Assembly: GCF_001194135.2 (NCBI RefSeq)
Contig: NC_068986.1
Coordinates: forward strand, 25,190,818-25,239,557
Direction of reading: 5' to 3'
Origin: Octopus bimaculoides
Lineage: Eukaryota
DNA: 48,740 bases
In this document: positions 36,488 to 46,969 of the stretch, in pieces
Layout of the letters: every line of letters starts with the position of its first letter
Position numbering within the stretch: the stretch's first letter is position 1
The notes under the pieces: model-generated
The model's database searches: none
Seen by the model: the letters and a program-made list of their open reading frames with translations, nothing else
What the model was told of the DNA's origin: nothing
Position numbers and translations under genes: made by a program

Positions 36488-36836
36488 TACGAGGGGGCGC
36501 TGAAAAGCTCCTGGTTTTAAGGGTGTCGCGAAAGGCCTGGTTGGTAAGGGGAGAGGCAGAACCTTCTGAGTTCTTTCAGGGTTTAGAAAAACTGAAGGAA
36601 CGCTGCAATAAGTGTCTGAATATATGTGTGTGTAAAGTATATATATATATATATATATACAAACACACGAGGGGTTGCTGAAAGTTCCTTTGCAGGGCTT
36701 AGAAAAACTGAAAGATCGCTGCAATAAGTGTGTGAATCGTAGAGGGGAATATGTTGAATAAAATCATAATTAACTGATCCTCCTGTATTTTCTTTTATTC
36801 AAAACCAAGAGTTTTTCAGTCTCTCATTCCCTCGTG
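36488..36836. mobile_element. Two tandem mariner-derived MITEs separated by (TA)n
   Basis: TA|CGAGGGG..GCTGAAAAG TIR starts at 36490 and 36668, ..CCCTCG end at 36834; internal GLEKLKDRCNKCVNRRGEYVE* is a mariner C-terminus. Confidence 0.75.
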
Positions 36837-37780
36837 TATCGTCAGACAATCTAGGGGTTCACAAAACGTATTAAGTGACCGACATGTTTTGTCTCCCTCC
36901 GCAGTTATGGCCCCATATTTTATCTGAAGAAATTTAGAATAGAAGAAACTGGGAAGCAAGCTTTTTACCACCCACCCACGCCAAAATTTCCTTATTTAAA
37001 CATAACTGGGTTTTAGTTTTGTTTTGTTTTTTACTTTAANNNNNNNNNNNNNNNNNNNNNNNNNNNNNNNNNNNNNNNNNNNNNNNNNNNNNNNNNNNNN
37101 NNNNNNNNNNNNNNNNNNNNNNNNNNNNNNNNNNNNNNNNNNNNNNNNNNNNNNNNNNNNNNNNNNNNNNNNNNNNNNNNNNNNNNNNNNNNNNNNNNNN
37201 NNNNNNNNNNNNNNNNNNNNNNNNNNNNNNNNNNNNNNNNNNNNNNNNNNNNNNNNNNNNTAAAATACATCTATAATTTGTTTTCTCTACGAGTGAAACT
37301 TCATAACAAATTTTAATGTTCCAGCAATTTAACAGCCAAAACCCCTGAAAAATTCGTTGCTGAAATTTAAAACGTTTTTTAGCGTGCTCAAAAGTCAGTC
37401 ATTTTTGTTTTGCTTTCTGGAATGATCGTCTGTGCTAAAATATAACAGCTGTGTGGCAATTTCGTAATTACATATTTTTATTTAATTCAATACTGTTGTT
37501 ATCTCAAGTCGCGTAACGTGTAAAGCAGTATCATTTTTTAAAATCGTGCAAAATCCATGAGTGTACTGGTTTTAAAGTAACTTGCGGTGAAAAGCATGGC
37601 AAATAAGGAAAAAAATGCTAAGTGTTATTAGTGGATACGTCCACGGTTTCACTTGACATTCCGACCAGCTAAAGGTATTAAATGTAATAAGCTGAAACAA
37701 GAAGCTAAGCAGCTATATGCTTCTTGTGGCGAGTTTGAAAAGATAAAAACTAAATCTAATGTCGGTAACGTTTGGAAATT

Positions 37781-38150
37781 AGGCGTAGGAGTGGCTGTGT
37801 GGTAAGCAGCTTGCTTACCAAACACATGGTTCCGGGTTCAGTGGCACCTAGGGCAAGTGTCTTTTACTATAGCCACGGGCCGACCAAAGCCTTGTAAGTG
37901 GATTTGGTAGACGGAAACTGAAAGAAGCCTGTCGTATATATGTGTGTGTCTGTATTTGTCCCCCCAACATCGCTTGACAACCGATGCTGGTGTCTTTACG
38001 TCCCCGTAACTTAGCGGTTCGGCAAAGGTGACCGATAGAATAAGTACTAGGCTTCCAAAGAATAAGTCCTGGGGGTCGATTCGCTCGACTAAAGGCGGTG
38101 CTCCAGCATGGCCGCAGTCAAATGACTGAAACAAGTAAAAGAGTAAGAGT
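37781..38150 (+). mobile_element. tRNA-headed SINE, family A
   Basis: Collinear with 21917-22293; short deletion after the B box. Confidence 0.9.
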
Positions 38151-38209
38151 ATAAGGAAATTAGCAAGCACTGAAATTTAAGCCACATTGAAATTTTCAGT
38201 ACAAATGAA

Positions 38210-38730
38210 GGAAAAGATGAATATCGACCAAATGGTCCTTTTTTTTTTTTAATATAGATGAATGTAAGCTATTCTGAAACGTTTACCCTCTCAAAAGAGG
38301 GAAAGGCATCACAGTATAAAGCAGCAGAAGATCATCTTGCGTTGTGAAGAACAACAGCCACCGAAATTTAAGTCCTTGCTTGTTTATAATTCTGATACTC
38401 CCAACATCAGTGAAAGGCGTCTGGAAATCTAGTCAGATATCTAAAAAAAAAAAAAAGTTTAGATTACATACGAATTGTTAGTTGAATATTACCACGTCAG
38501 TCATTGTGAGAAGAATTTCAAAGCCGAGGCATTTTTATTTTTAGATAACGTTCCTAGTCATACTTCAAATTTTGATTCACTACAAACGTGCGTATCTGTT
38601 AAAATTGCCTTTACTTCACTAAATACATATCTACTCGTACAGCCTATAAATCGGGATTATTTCCGATTTCGAGGCATATTTTCTTGGAATTATAAAGATA
38701 TCTTTATCATCAGTTCGTTATAAGAATTGC
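38210..38730 (+). pseudogene. pogo/Tigger (DDE_1) transposase relic
   Basis: FLFLDNVPSH..FTSLNTYLLVQPIN resembles LxLDNAPxH..FLPxNTTxxLQPxD; upstream IDECKLF resembles NxDETGLF. Confidence 0.55.
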
Positions 38731-39393
38731 AAAATTACATTATGCAAACAAAAAATAGTAGTCATTCATGTTTTATTGGAGTTTGGGTGGCGGGGTGCAA
38801 ATGTTAAGATAGAGGCTGAAACAGTCTCGAAGAGCAATAACGTTAGCTTTATACAAATGGGACAGGAAGTGGGATCTGAAGATAATACATCTGTGATTCA
38901 GGATTTGTGGTGTATTGATAACTAGAACCTCGCCCCTGAAGGTCGTAAGTTGTTTTGCAAGTTCTGATAGCGAAGAAGAGACACCTCAACCCGTTCTACT
39001 ATTAGATGATGTTACTCTGCATAGGAGCGAGTGAGAATTGGCGAAGGAAAGGCATCTGGCTGTCATTAAAAGGGTGACAGTAATGTAGTACAGAATATAC
39101 TTTCCAAATAAAATACAGTAACCAGACCGTTTTCATTCGGACACTAGGTATTGGACTACACCTCGTGTTTCTTTTGAGTACGATTTTGAAGAAGTTTATC
39201 TGTTATCTTTAGAATCTAGATGGTCGATCAACCATGCAAACTCACGTTCATTGGCTCGACGCTTCTGGGGTTTTATGCCTGTAGCATAATTTTAAAGTAG
39301 ATCAGGGTTCGTATATGAATTGTGTGAGTTTCATAATCAATTCGGTGGTCAGAGAAACACTGAAAACTCTTGCCTTCATTTAATAAAGTCAGT

Positions 39394-39830
39394 TTAATAC
39401 GGCGGACATAAAGAATGTGGACCACACCTTTCGTTTTTGTTTTTTGCAGAACCCCCCCCCCCATTTTCGAATACGGAGATTTTGATCCTGCAAAAAAAAA
39501 AACGGTATTTAAAAATTTTTATTTCCTCCAACCCCCAACTCCAAATTCTTCCAATTTTCACTTTTTTCTTAAAAATTGAAACTTTACATTTTTTTTTTTC
39601 TTTTCTTTTAGAATCATAATCTACGTATTTCGCAAAAAAAAAAAGTGAAAATTGAAGAATTTGGGTGCGGTGGGGGAAAATTAAAATTTTTTAAATGCCA
39701 TTTTTTTTTTTTTTTTTTTTTTTTTTGCAGAATCAGAATCTCCGTACTCGAAAATGGGTCGAGGATTCTGTTTAAAAAAAAAAAAAAGACGAAAGCGGAT
39801 GTGGTCCAGATTCTTTACGTCCGCCTTTAA
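39394..39830. mobile_element. Foldback MITE, Kolobok-like (TTAA flanks, long imperfect TIRs)
   Basis: GGCGGACATAAAGAATGTGGACCACA vs reverse of TGTGGTCCAGATTCTTTACGTCCGCCT|TTAA; arms pair over about 190 nt. Confidence 0.7.
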
Positions 39831-40436
39831 TACAGTATAAGACTGCAAGATGTGTTGTCCCGCTCCAAGTCAGCTCTGACTAAGCTGTTTTATGGCACAG
39901 AAATAGTCAAACAAATGACTAGGCGCAGTTCGCGTATTTTCCAGTTGTGTTTCGCTTCTACTTGAGGATAACACTACATTACCTTGCATTTCGTGGTGAA
40001 TCGTATAAGATACAGTATTGCAGTACGATTCTTATGGTGGAAGCTGGACTTAATGCAGTGTATGTTGTAAGGTAGTATCTGTCTATAAAAAACTTGCTAC
40101 TGTGGTAGATGTGCTGAATGAATTTGAATTTCATGTAGTATATATTTATTACAAGCAACTAAGCCCGGTTTTCACCCGGTCGGTTTAGATGGTGCGGCTG
40201 TAAAACCTGCTCTGTGTAAGCATTCGACTTGTTTGGGCACGCTTACGTTAAAAAACAATTTTAGAATGACCCTTTTCTGTCAAAACGCTAAAAGTAACTG
40301 ACCAACCAAGATTCAACCAAATCAAAAAATAAACCCAAATATTAAGTGAACAAAGATGAACCATTCCACTTTCATTGCACGCGCACGCACACACAAACAC
40401 ACACATTCACATATCCCCTTTTACATACACATATTC

Positions 40437-40810
40437 GTTTTGTTGTTGGCACTCCGTCGCTTACGCCGTCGAGGGTTCCAGTTGATCCGATCAACGGAAC
40501 AGCCTGCTCGTGAAATTAACGTGCAAGTGGCTGAGCACTCCACAGACACTTGTACCCTTAACGTAGTTCTCGGGGATATTCAGCGTGACACAGAGAGTGA
40601 CAAGGCTGACCCTTTGAATTACAAGCACAACAGAAACAGGAAGAAGAGTGAGAGAAAGTTGTGGTGGAAGAGTACAGCAGGGTTCGCCATCACCCCCTGC
40701 CGGAGCCTCGTGGAGCTTTAGGTGTTTTCTCTCAATAAACACTCACAACGCCGGGTCTGGGAATCGAAACCGCGAGTCCGCTGCCCTAACCACTGGGCCA
40801 TTGCGCCTCC
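40437..40810 (-). mobile_element. tRNA-headed SINE sharing the family C body, with 14-bp TSD
   Basis: TSD ACATACACATATTC at 40423-40436 and 40811-40824; (CAA)n tail. Confidence 0.92.
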
Positions 40811-41212
40811 ACATACACATATTCACACAGAGTTGAAATGCTCGCCCCTTCCTTATTCATCTATCACCCCTTCCTTTCTCATTCATAAAAACAAGAGTAT
40901 TATTATAGTAGATTATTTCGGCAACCATGGATGCTATGGAAAAAGAATACAAAGCCAAGCAACACCACCGGATCATTCTACACATCTGTGTAATTTTTCG
41001 CGCAATTCCACCAGGCCGTTTGACCGTGCATCCCAAGACAAGAAAGAATCGCCCATGTCAAATTTATATGTATAGATTATATATACATACACTTACAGTA
41101 GGAGTTGGACGTAATGCTGAACGATACCTATATAAAACATGATAAAAAAGAATGGAGAATTCTACATCTTCAAGATTTGTTATTACAGTATACTTATTAT
41201 ATTCACGTTTCT

Positions 41213-41626
41213 TATTTCTTTACTACCCACAAGGGGCTACACACAGAAGAGACAAACAAGGACACACAAACGGATTAAGTCGATTACATCGACCCAGTGC
41301 GTAACTGGTATTTAATTTATCGACTCCGAAAGGATGAAAGGCAAAGTCAACCTCGGCGGAATTTGAACTCAGAACGTAACGGCCGACGAAATACCTATTT
41401 CGTTATCGTCCACAAGGGGCTAAACATAGAGGGAACAAACAAGAACAGACGAACGGATTAAGTCGATTACATCGACTCCAGTGCGTAACTGGTACTTAAT
41501 TTATCGACCCCGAAAGGATGAAAGGCAAAGTCGACCTCGGCGGAATTTGAACTCAGAACGTAACGGCAAACGAAATACTGCTAAGCATTTCGCCCAGTGT
41601 GCTAACGTTTCTGCCACCTCGCCGCC
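41213..41626 (-). mobile_element. Nin/Deu-type SINE dimer (head-body-tailA-body-tailA)
   Basis: Two GCCTTTCATCCTTTCGG.GTCGATAAATTAA.TACCAG bodies, junction 41395|41396; degenerate 18-19 bp TSD at 41194-41212 and 41627-41644. Confidence 0.9.
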
Positions 41627-42299
41627 TTTTTACATTCACTTTTCTGCTGCATAAATGTCCTGTCTCATCCAGGTTAGAGGTATCCATGCGAACTGAGAAA
41701 TTCAGCCTTTGATAGTCCTCAAAGTATAATTTAGGTGGGAGAGCCATAAAACCTTAATGGATATGATAGTGGAGAGTGCTGTGAAATGCGATATGGCTAT
41801 ATATTCTGCTATCATACACGGCTGGAGAACTTAATGTAGTGCATTCTCCTACTATTAGGTCAACGAACAGTTGTAACTTTGATGACAAACGCTCACCACA
41901 TCGATTGATTTTGAAGCTGTTGGTGTACTTTGCAACGAAATTAGGCATCTGGTGTTACTGACTATGGTGTGCATATTGTCAGAAACTGCACGAGGAGGAC
42001 CAGTGTGTCAACGACGAACGAGCATGATGAATCGGTAAAGAGAGACTCCGAAGGGTCTAAAAGCAGCAATGCACTGAACCATTCGATGTTCCAAACGAAA
42101 TATTAAAGGCTGCTAGGGAAGAACGTATGCTCTTCTTCCATTGTTTTTGTAATCTGATATAGCACTCCAAAACATGGCTTTTCGATTGGACGCAGTGGTG
42201 TTCATTATCATTCTGTTACATCTTGCAAGATTTTTCTCGGAAGTTTTGTGGTTTATCATGCGTGATCCGCTTTCGTGCCGTTTGGATTCAGGAACGTAT

Positions 42300-42923
42300 T
42301 GTTGTTGGCACTCCGTCGCTTACGACGTCGAAGGTTCCAGCTGATCCGATCAACGGAACAGCTTGCTCGTGAAATTAACGTGCAAATGGCTGAGCACTCC
42401 ACAGACACGTGTACCCTTAACGTAGTTCTCGGGGATATTCAGCGTGACACAGTGTGACAAGGCTGACCCTTTGAATTACAGGCACAACAGAAACAAGAAG
42501 TAAGAGTGAGAGAAAGTTGTGGTGAAAGAGTAAAGCAGGGTTCGCCACCATCCCCTGCCGGAGCCTCGTGGAGCTTTAGGTGTTTTCGCTCAATNNNNNN
42601 NNNNAACGGAACAGCTTGCTCGTGAAATTAACGTGCAAATGGCTGAGCACTCCACAGACACGTGTACCCTTAACGTAGTTCTCGGGGATATTCAGCGTGA
42701 CACAGTGTGACAAGGCTGACCCTTTGAATTACAGGCACAACAGAAACAAGAAGTAAGAGTGAGAGAAAGTTGTGGTGAAAGAGTAAAGCAGGGTTCGCCA
42801 CCATCCCCTGCCGGAGCCTCGTGGAGCTTTAGGTGTTTTCGCTCAATAAACACTCACAACGCCCGGTCTGGGAATCGAAACCGCGAGTCCGCTGCCCTAA
42901 CCACTGGGCCATTGCGCCTCCAC
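42300..42923 (-). mobile_element. tRNA-headed SINE (same subfamily as 40437) with 12-bp TSD; spans an N-gap
   Basis: TSD TCAGGAACGTAT at 42288-42299 and 42924-42935; 243-nt duplication across the gap. Confidence 0.9.
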
Positions 42924-43582
42924 TCAGGAACGTATAATGGAGTGGAAAAGAAACCCAGCATAGAAAGTGAACTATTTCAGTTCCTGTGCCGAAAATATAA
43001 CTACGTTGTCGCTCAACCCGCAATAAATAGTAGTTAAATTTGCCTCGTATCAGATCGTATTCTCTTTAATACAAAAAGTGACATTGAATAATGTAATCCT
43101 TGATACACTATACCTGATAAAAAAAAAAAGGAAAAGACAAGATAGTTACTGTTCAAATGCCTTGGTAACGGGTTTATTTTATCCAAGCTGATTTTGTTGT
43201 GACAACACCTGATCATCCATTTCCTTCACGTAAGCTCAAGACAATTATGGCAAGAAAGAGTCGGAATCTAAGAAATGAACCCCTCCTTTGACAGTTGCCT
43301 TCCATCTCTCTCTTTCCACACAATTGCGACGACTTCGAATTTATCTTAATTTTCTAAACTACTGTCCAGCGTGCAAATTCGAACTAAACAAAAATTCAAC
43401 CCATAAAGATATAATAAAATAACTGAGAAACAAAACTTCGCCAGTATAATTTTATCAGTACCAGTTGTCTTTTCCTCACTGCATAAGTATTTTCAATTAG
43501 ATTTTTTTAATGCTCATTATAGTAAGCATACTAACGTTAATTTTATTGCTTTTGGTGCAGGTAACATCTATAAGTAATTTAA

Positions 43583-43813
43583 CTTCTCTTTTTACTCTTT
43601 TACTTGTTTCAGTCATTTGTCTGCGATCATGCTGGAACACCGCCTTTAGTCGAGCAAATCGACCCCAGGACTTATTCTTTGGAAGCTTAGTACTTATTCT
43701 ATCGGTCACTTTTGCCGAACCGCTAAGTTACGGGGAGGTAAACACACCAGCATCGGTTGTCAAGCCATGTTGGGGGGGACAAACACAGACACACAAACAT
43801 ACACACACACACA

Positions 43814-43815
<2 letters not shown>
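43583..43815 (-). mobile_element. Family A SINE 3' half
   Basis: Reverse complement of 37960-38150; runs into (CT)n(AT)n and a gap. Confidence 0.85.
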
Positions 43816-43879
<64 letters not shown>

Positions 43880-44362
43880 NNNNNNNNNNNNNNNNNNNNN
43901 NNNNNNNNNNNNNNNNNNNNNNNNNNNNNNNNNNNNNNNNNNNNNNNNNNNNNNNNNNNNNNNNNNNNNNNNNNNNNNNNNNNNNNNNNNNNNNNNNNNN
44001 NNNNNNNNNNNNNNNNNNNNNNNNNNNNNNNNNNNNNNNNNNNNNNNNNNNNNNNNNNNNNNNNNNNNNNNNNNNNNNNNNNNNNNNNNNNNNNNNNNNN
44101 NNNNNNNNNNNNNNNNNNNNNNNNNNNNNNNNNNNNNNNNNNNNNNNNNNNNNNNNNNNNNNNNNNNNNNNNNNNNNNNNNNNNNNNGTACTGAGAAATG
44201 TAAAACTAATATTTTGACTGGCACTCATTTGACGATCCCAGAAAGAGGAAGATGAATTCAGAACGTAAACAAACGCAACTAAATTCTGATTTCAGATTTT
44301 TTGGCACAAGGCCAGATATGTCGGAAGAAGTGGGTAAATCGATAACATTGATCCCAGTGCTC

Positions 44363-44526
44363 CGGTTGAGTGACTACTAGTAAGTCGGTACTAAAGACAG
44401 GGCTCGTGGGGTCGGAGCATACCTGTTTTGAACACCTCATCGTGTGATTTATTGTTTGTAATTTATTGTGTTGTAATTCATTGTATTGTCCCCACTATGT
44501 TAGCCCGCATGGGTAATAAAAAAAGA
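44363..44526 (+). mobile_element. 164-nt retroposed 3' fragment carrying tail A, with 22-bp TSD, inside an old Nin-type SINE
   Basis: TSD 44341-44362 / 44527-44548 (17-bp exact core CATTGATCCCAGTGCTC); ends GTCCCACTATGTTAGCCCGCATGGGTAATAAAAAAAGA. Confidence 0.8.
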
Positions 44527-46580
44527 GATTTCATTGATCCCAGTGCTCAACTGATACTTATTTTACCGATCCTCAAAGCATGAATGGCAGAGTCGATTCT
44601 TTGAACTTAGAAGGTAAAGACCGACGAACGCAACTAAATATTGCAAGACTTTTAGCCCGATGCTTTATTGACTGAGCTAATCCACAGCTCTTTTAGTGGA
44701 ACACTTAATTACCAGTGATCACATGTGTAAGAATGGGCGTATATATGTGTACAAACGTGCATATACACATATTTTGTGCAAGAGTTTTTCTTTGCTTCAT
44801 TCGTTGTTTGTACACCTTCACCTCCATTGTCAACATAAAATATAGAACTGTATTATAAAATAGTCACATTAAGAATTTGTAATTTTGGAAGAGTTCACAT
44901 TTGCTTCAGCTATCTAGTTTATTGTCAAGCATAATAAATACTGTTAACTTCATATCTATATCAGACGGACACAGCTCGACTGAGGTAGGTCATATTAACA
45001 TATATAATTAACTTCATGCGTGTACTGTATGCCATATGTGTTTTACTTGTAAATGACTTCATTCAATATTTTATCGTCAGTGTTTTGATCACTGGAATAC
45101 TGCTTCAAACAATTTTTGGTTTATAAGGTAACGAGATGTGATGTTTATGCCCGTCCTAGAGGCATTGAAATATTTTACTGACTGACCTTATTATTTTCTT
45201 CTTTTGTCTCAAGTTAGACTTATTTCTTCGATTAATGAGTCAGCGAGAAACCTCTACATGGTCGTATGACATGTTAAAAATAACGGTAATTTTTCAGAGT
45301 AACACCCGGTAAAACAGCTAAGTTTTCATAAATCATGTCTTAAAGGAAGGACACACTGGATAATGCAGTCTCAGTAATATAAAAAGACGAGATGGTCATC
45401 GCGGGAACGCTTTTGATTCATAGGCCTAACCAGCAGCCAAAGTGCTCGAGCGTACGATGTGCAAGTGGAGAAGGCTCCGTGGTTACTCGAGCTCCTAGAA
45501 ACAGCAGTTGCATCTTTAACTAAGGCTATACTGACTCGGGAAATGAAATCTTGGATACACAATTCCTGACAGAAGATGGGGAGGGTCTAGCTGAAGCGCT
45601 TTTGACTACTGGCCGAACAGAGGCTAAACAAGTTCATTGAATCTGACTAATACATAATCCCCAAGTCGCCTAAAATTCCAGTGATTATATTTCAACGAAG
45701 CTGGTTTGTTCTCATTAGTTAGATAACTGTCGTAATTTACACATCGCTTCTTATAAATGTCTACAATTCAGTAATCATTGACTAACTATCTGGACTACTT
45801 TATTATATAATCTGTTGATATCCTAAATCTAGTTATTGTTGTTTAGATCTTAAGTCAACCTTAAGTGAGCAGACCCTTTTTCAAACGTTTTATTTTTCTT
45901 TGACCATCCTGTCCTTTTTTTAGGTGTATGTTGGACCACGTTATCCTGTGTTTCCTTGTAATACATCTGAGCACTGTACTCTACAATAAGCACTTTATGT
46001 AAGCTGGTGAGGTGGTGTGGGTATACGCAGAAAGTTGCATTATGTGCGAATTTTTCTTTCATTGCCAAGTATCTGCGCGTCTACGCGAGTAACCATCGCT
46101 CTAATTTCTTCAATTAAACTTTTAAAATCTGCTTTCATCTTGAAAACGTAGCCTGTTCAATTCCCCTTACAGACATAAACACCTTAGTTGTAGAACAAGT
46201 GCGCGCACTCAGCTTAGATGGAACATCGGTAAGGAGTAATTGGAATTAGATTTGGCTGCTATTTCTAGCACATCGATCGACTATGCTGTGGTTCCGTCTT
46301 TGGCGCGTTTCAAATTCTGTCACTTATGACAGCAGAAGATATTGTTTACAAGTGAGGTGTCTAATAAGTCTGAGATTGTTTTGTTTCTAATTTTAGCTTT
46401 TAACTTGACAAAGTTTACAAAGCCTGCAGTGCAACGCATGTCATATCAAATGAATTCTGTTAGACGTAGTATTTTTTTTTTTTTTAACCTATAAAATCCA
46501 AACAAACGAGGAAGCCTTTATGTGGTCCATGCGACCCACTAGAAATAGCGGCCAAATCTCCCTATAATCATACTTTATCG

Positions 46581-46779
46581 TTTTTTCTACTCTAGGCACA
46601 AGGCCCGAAATTTTTAGGGAGGGGACCAGTCGATTAGATCGACCCCTGTACGCAATTGTTACTTAATTTATCAACCCCGAAAGGATGAAAGGCAAAGTCG
46701 ACCTCTGCGGAATTTGAACTCAGAACGTAAAGACAGACAAAATGCCGCTAAGCATTTCGCCCGGCGTGCTAACGTTTCT
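46581..46779 (-). mobile_element. Nin/Deu-type SINE, tail B, lacking the first ~15 nt of the head
   Basis: Collinear with 35948-36062 and with the head at 41560-41626. Confidence 0.85.
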
Positions 46780-46969
46780 TATTTCTTTATTGCCGACAAG
46801 GGGCTAAACATAGAGGGGACAAACAAGGACAGACAAAGGAATTAAGTCGAGTACATCGACCCCTGTGCGTAACTGGTACTTAATTTATCGACCCCGAAAG
46901 GATGAAAGGCAAAGTCGACCTCTGCAGAATTTGAATTCAACTCAGAACATAAAGACAGACGAAATACCG
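46780..46969 (-). mobile_element. Nin/Deu-type SINE body with tail A, head absent
   Basis: Collinear with 41213-41395. Confidence 0.85.

Noticed and set aside
40153-40345. Possible Helitron/Helentron end (ACTAAGCCCGGTTTTCACCCGG)
   Set aside because: Single copy here and no matching 3' hairpin or CTAG terminus found.
41213-41626. Repeat-spacer (CRISPR-like) or tRNA gene interpretation of the recurring blocks
   Set aside because: Eukaryotic locus; the blocks are SINE bodies with degenerate tRNA-like heads and no complete cloverleaf.
41754-41948. Possible hAT dimerisation-domain fragment (..RCGERLSS..)
   Set aside because: Too few conserved residues to support a call.
42352-42847. 243-nt direct duplication inside a SINE (42352-42594 / 42605-42847)
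   Set aside because: The copies look identical and sit exactly on either side of a 10-N gap, so unmerged contig overlap is more likely than biology.
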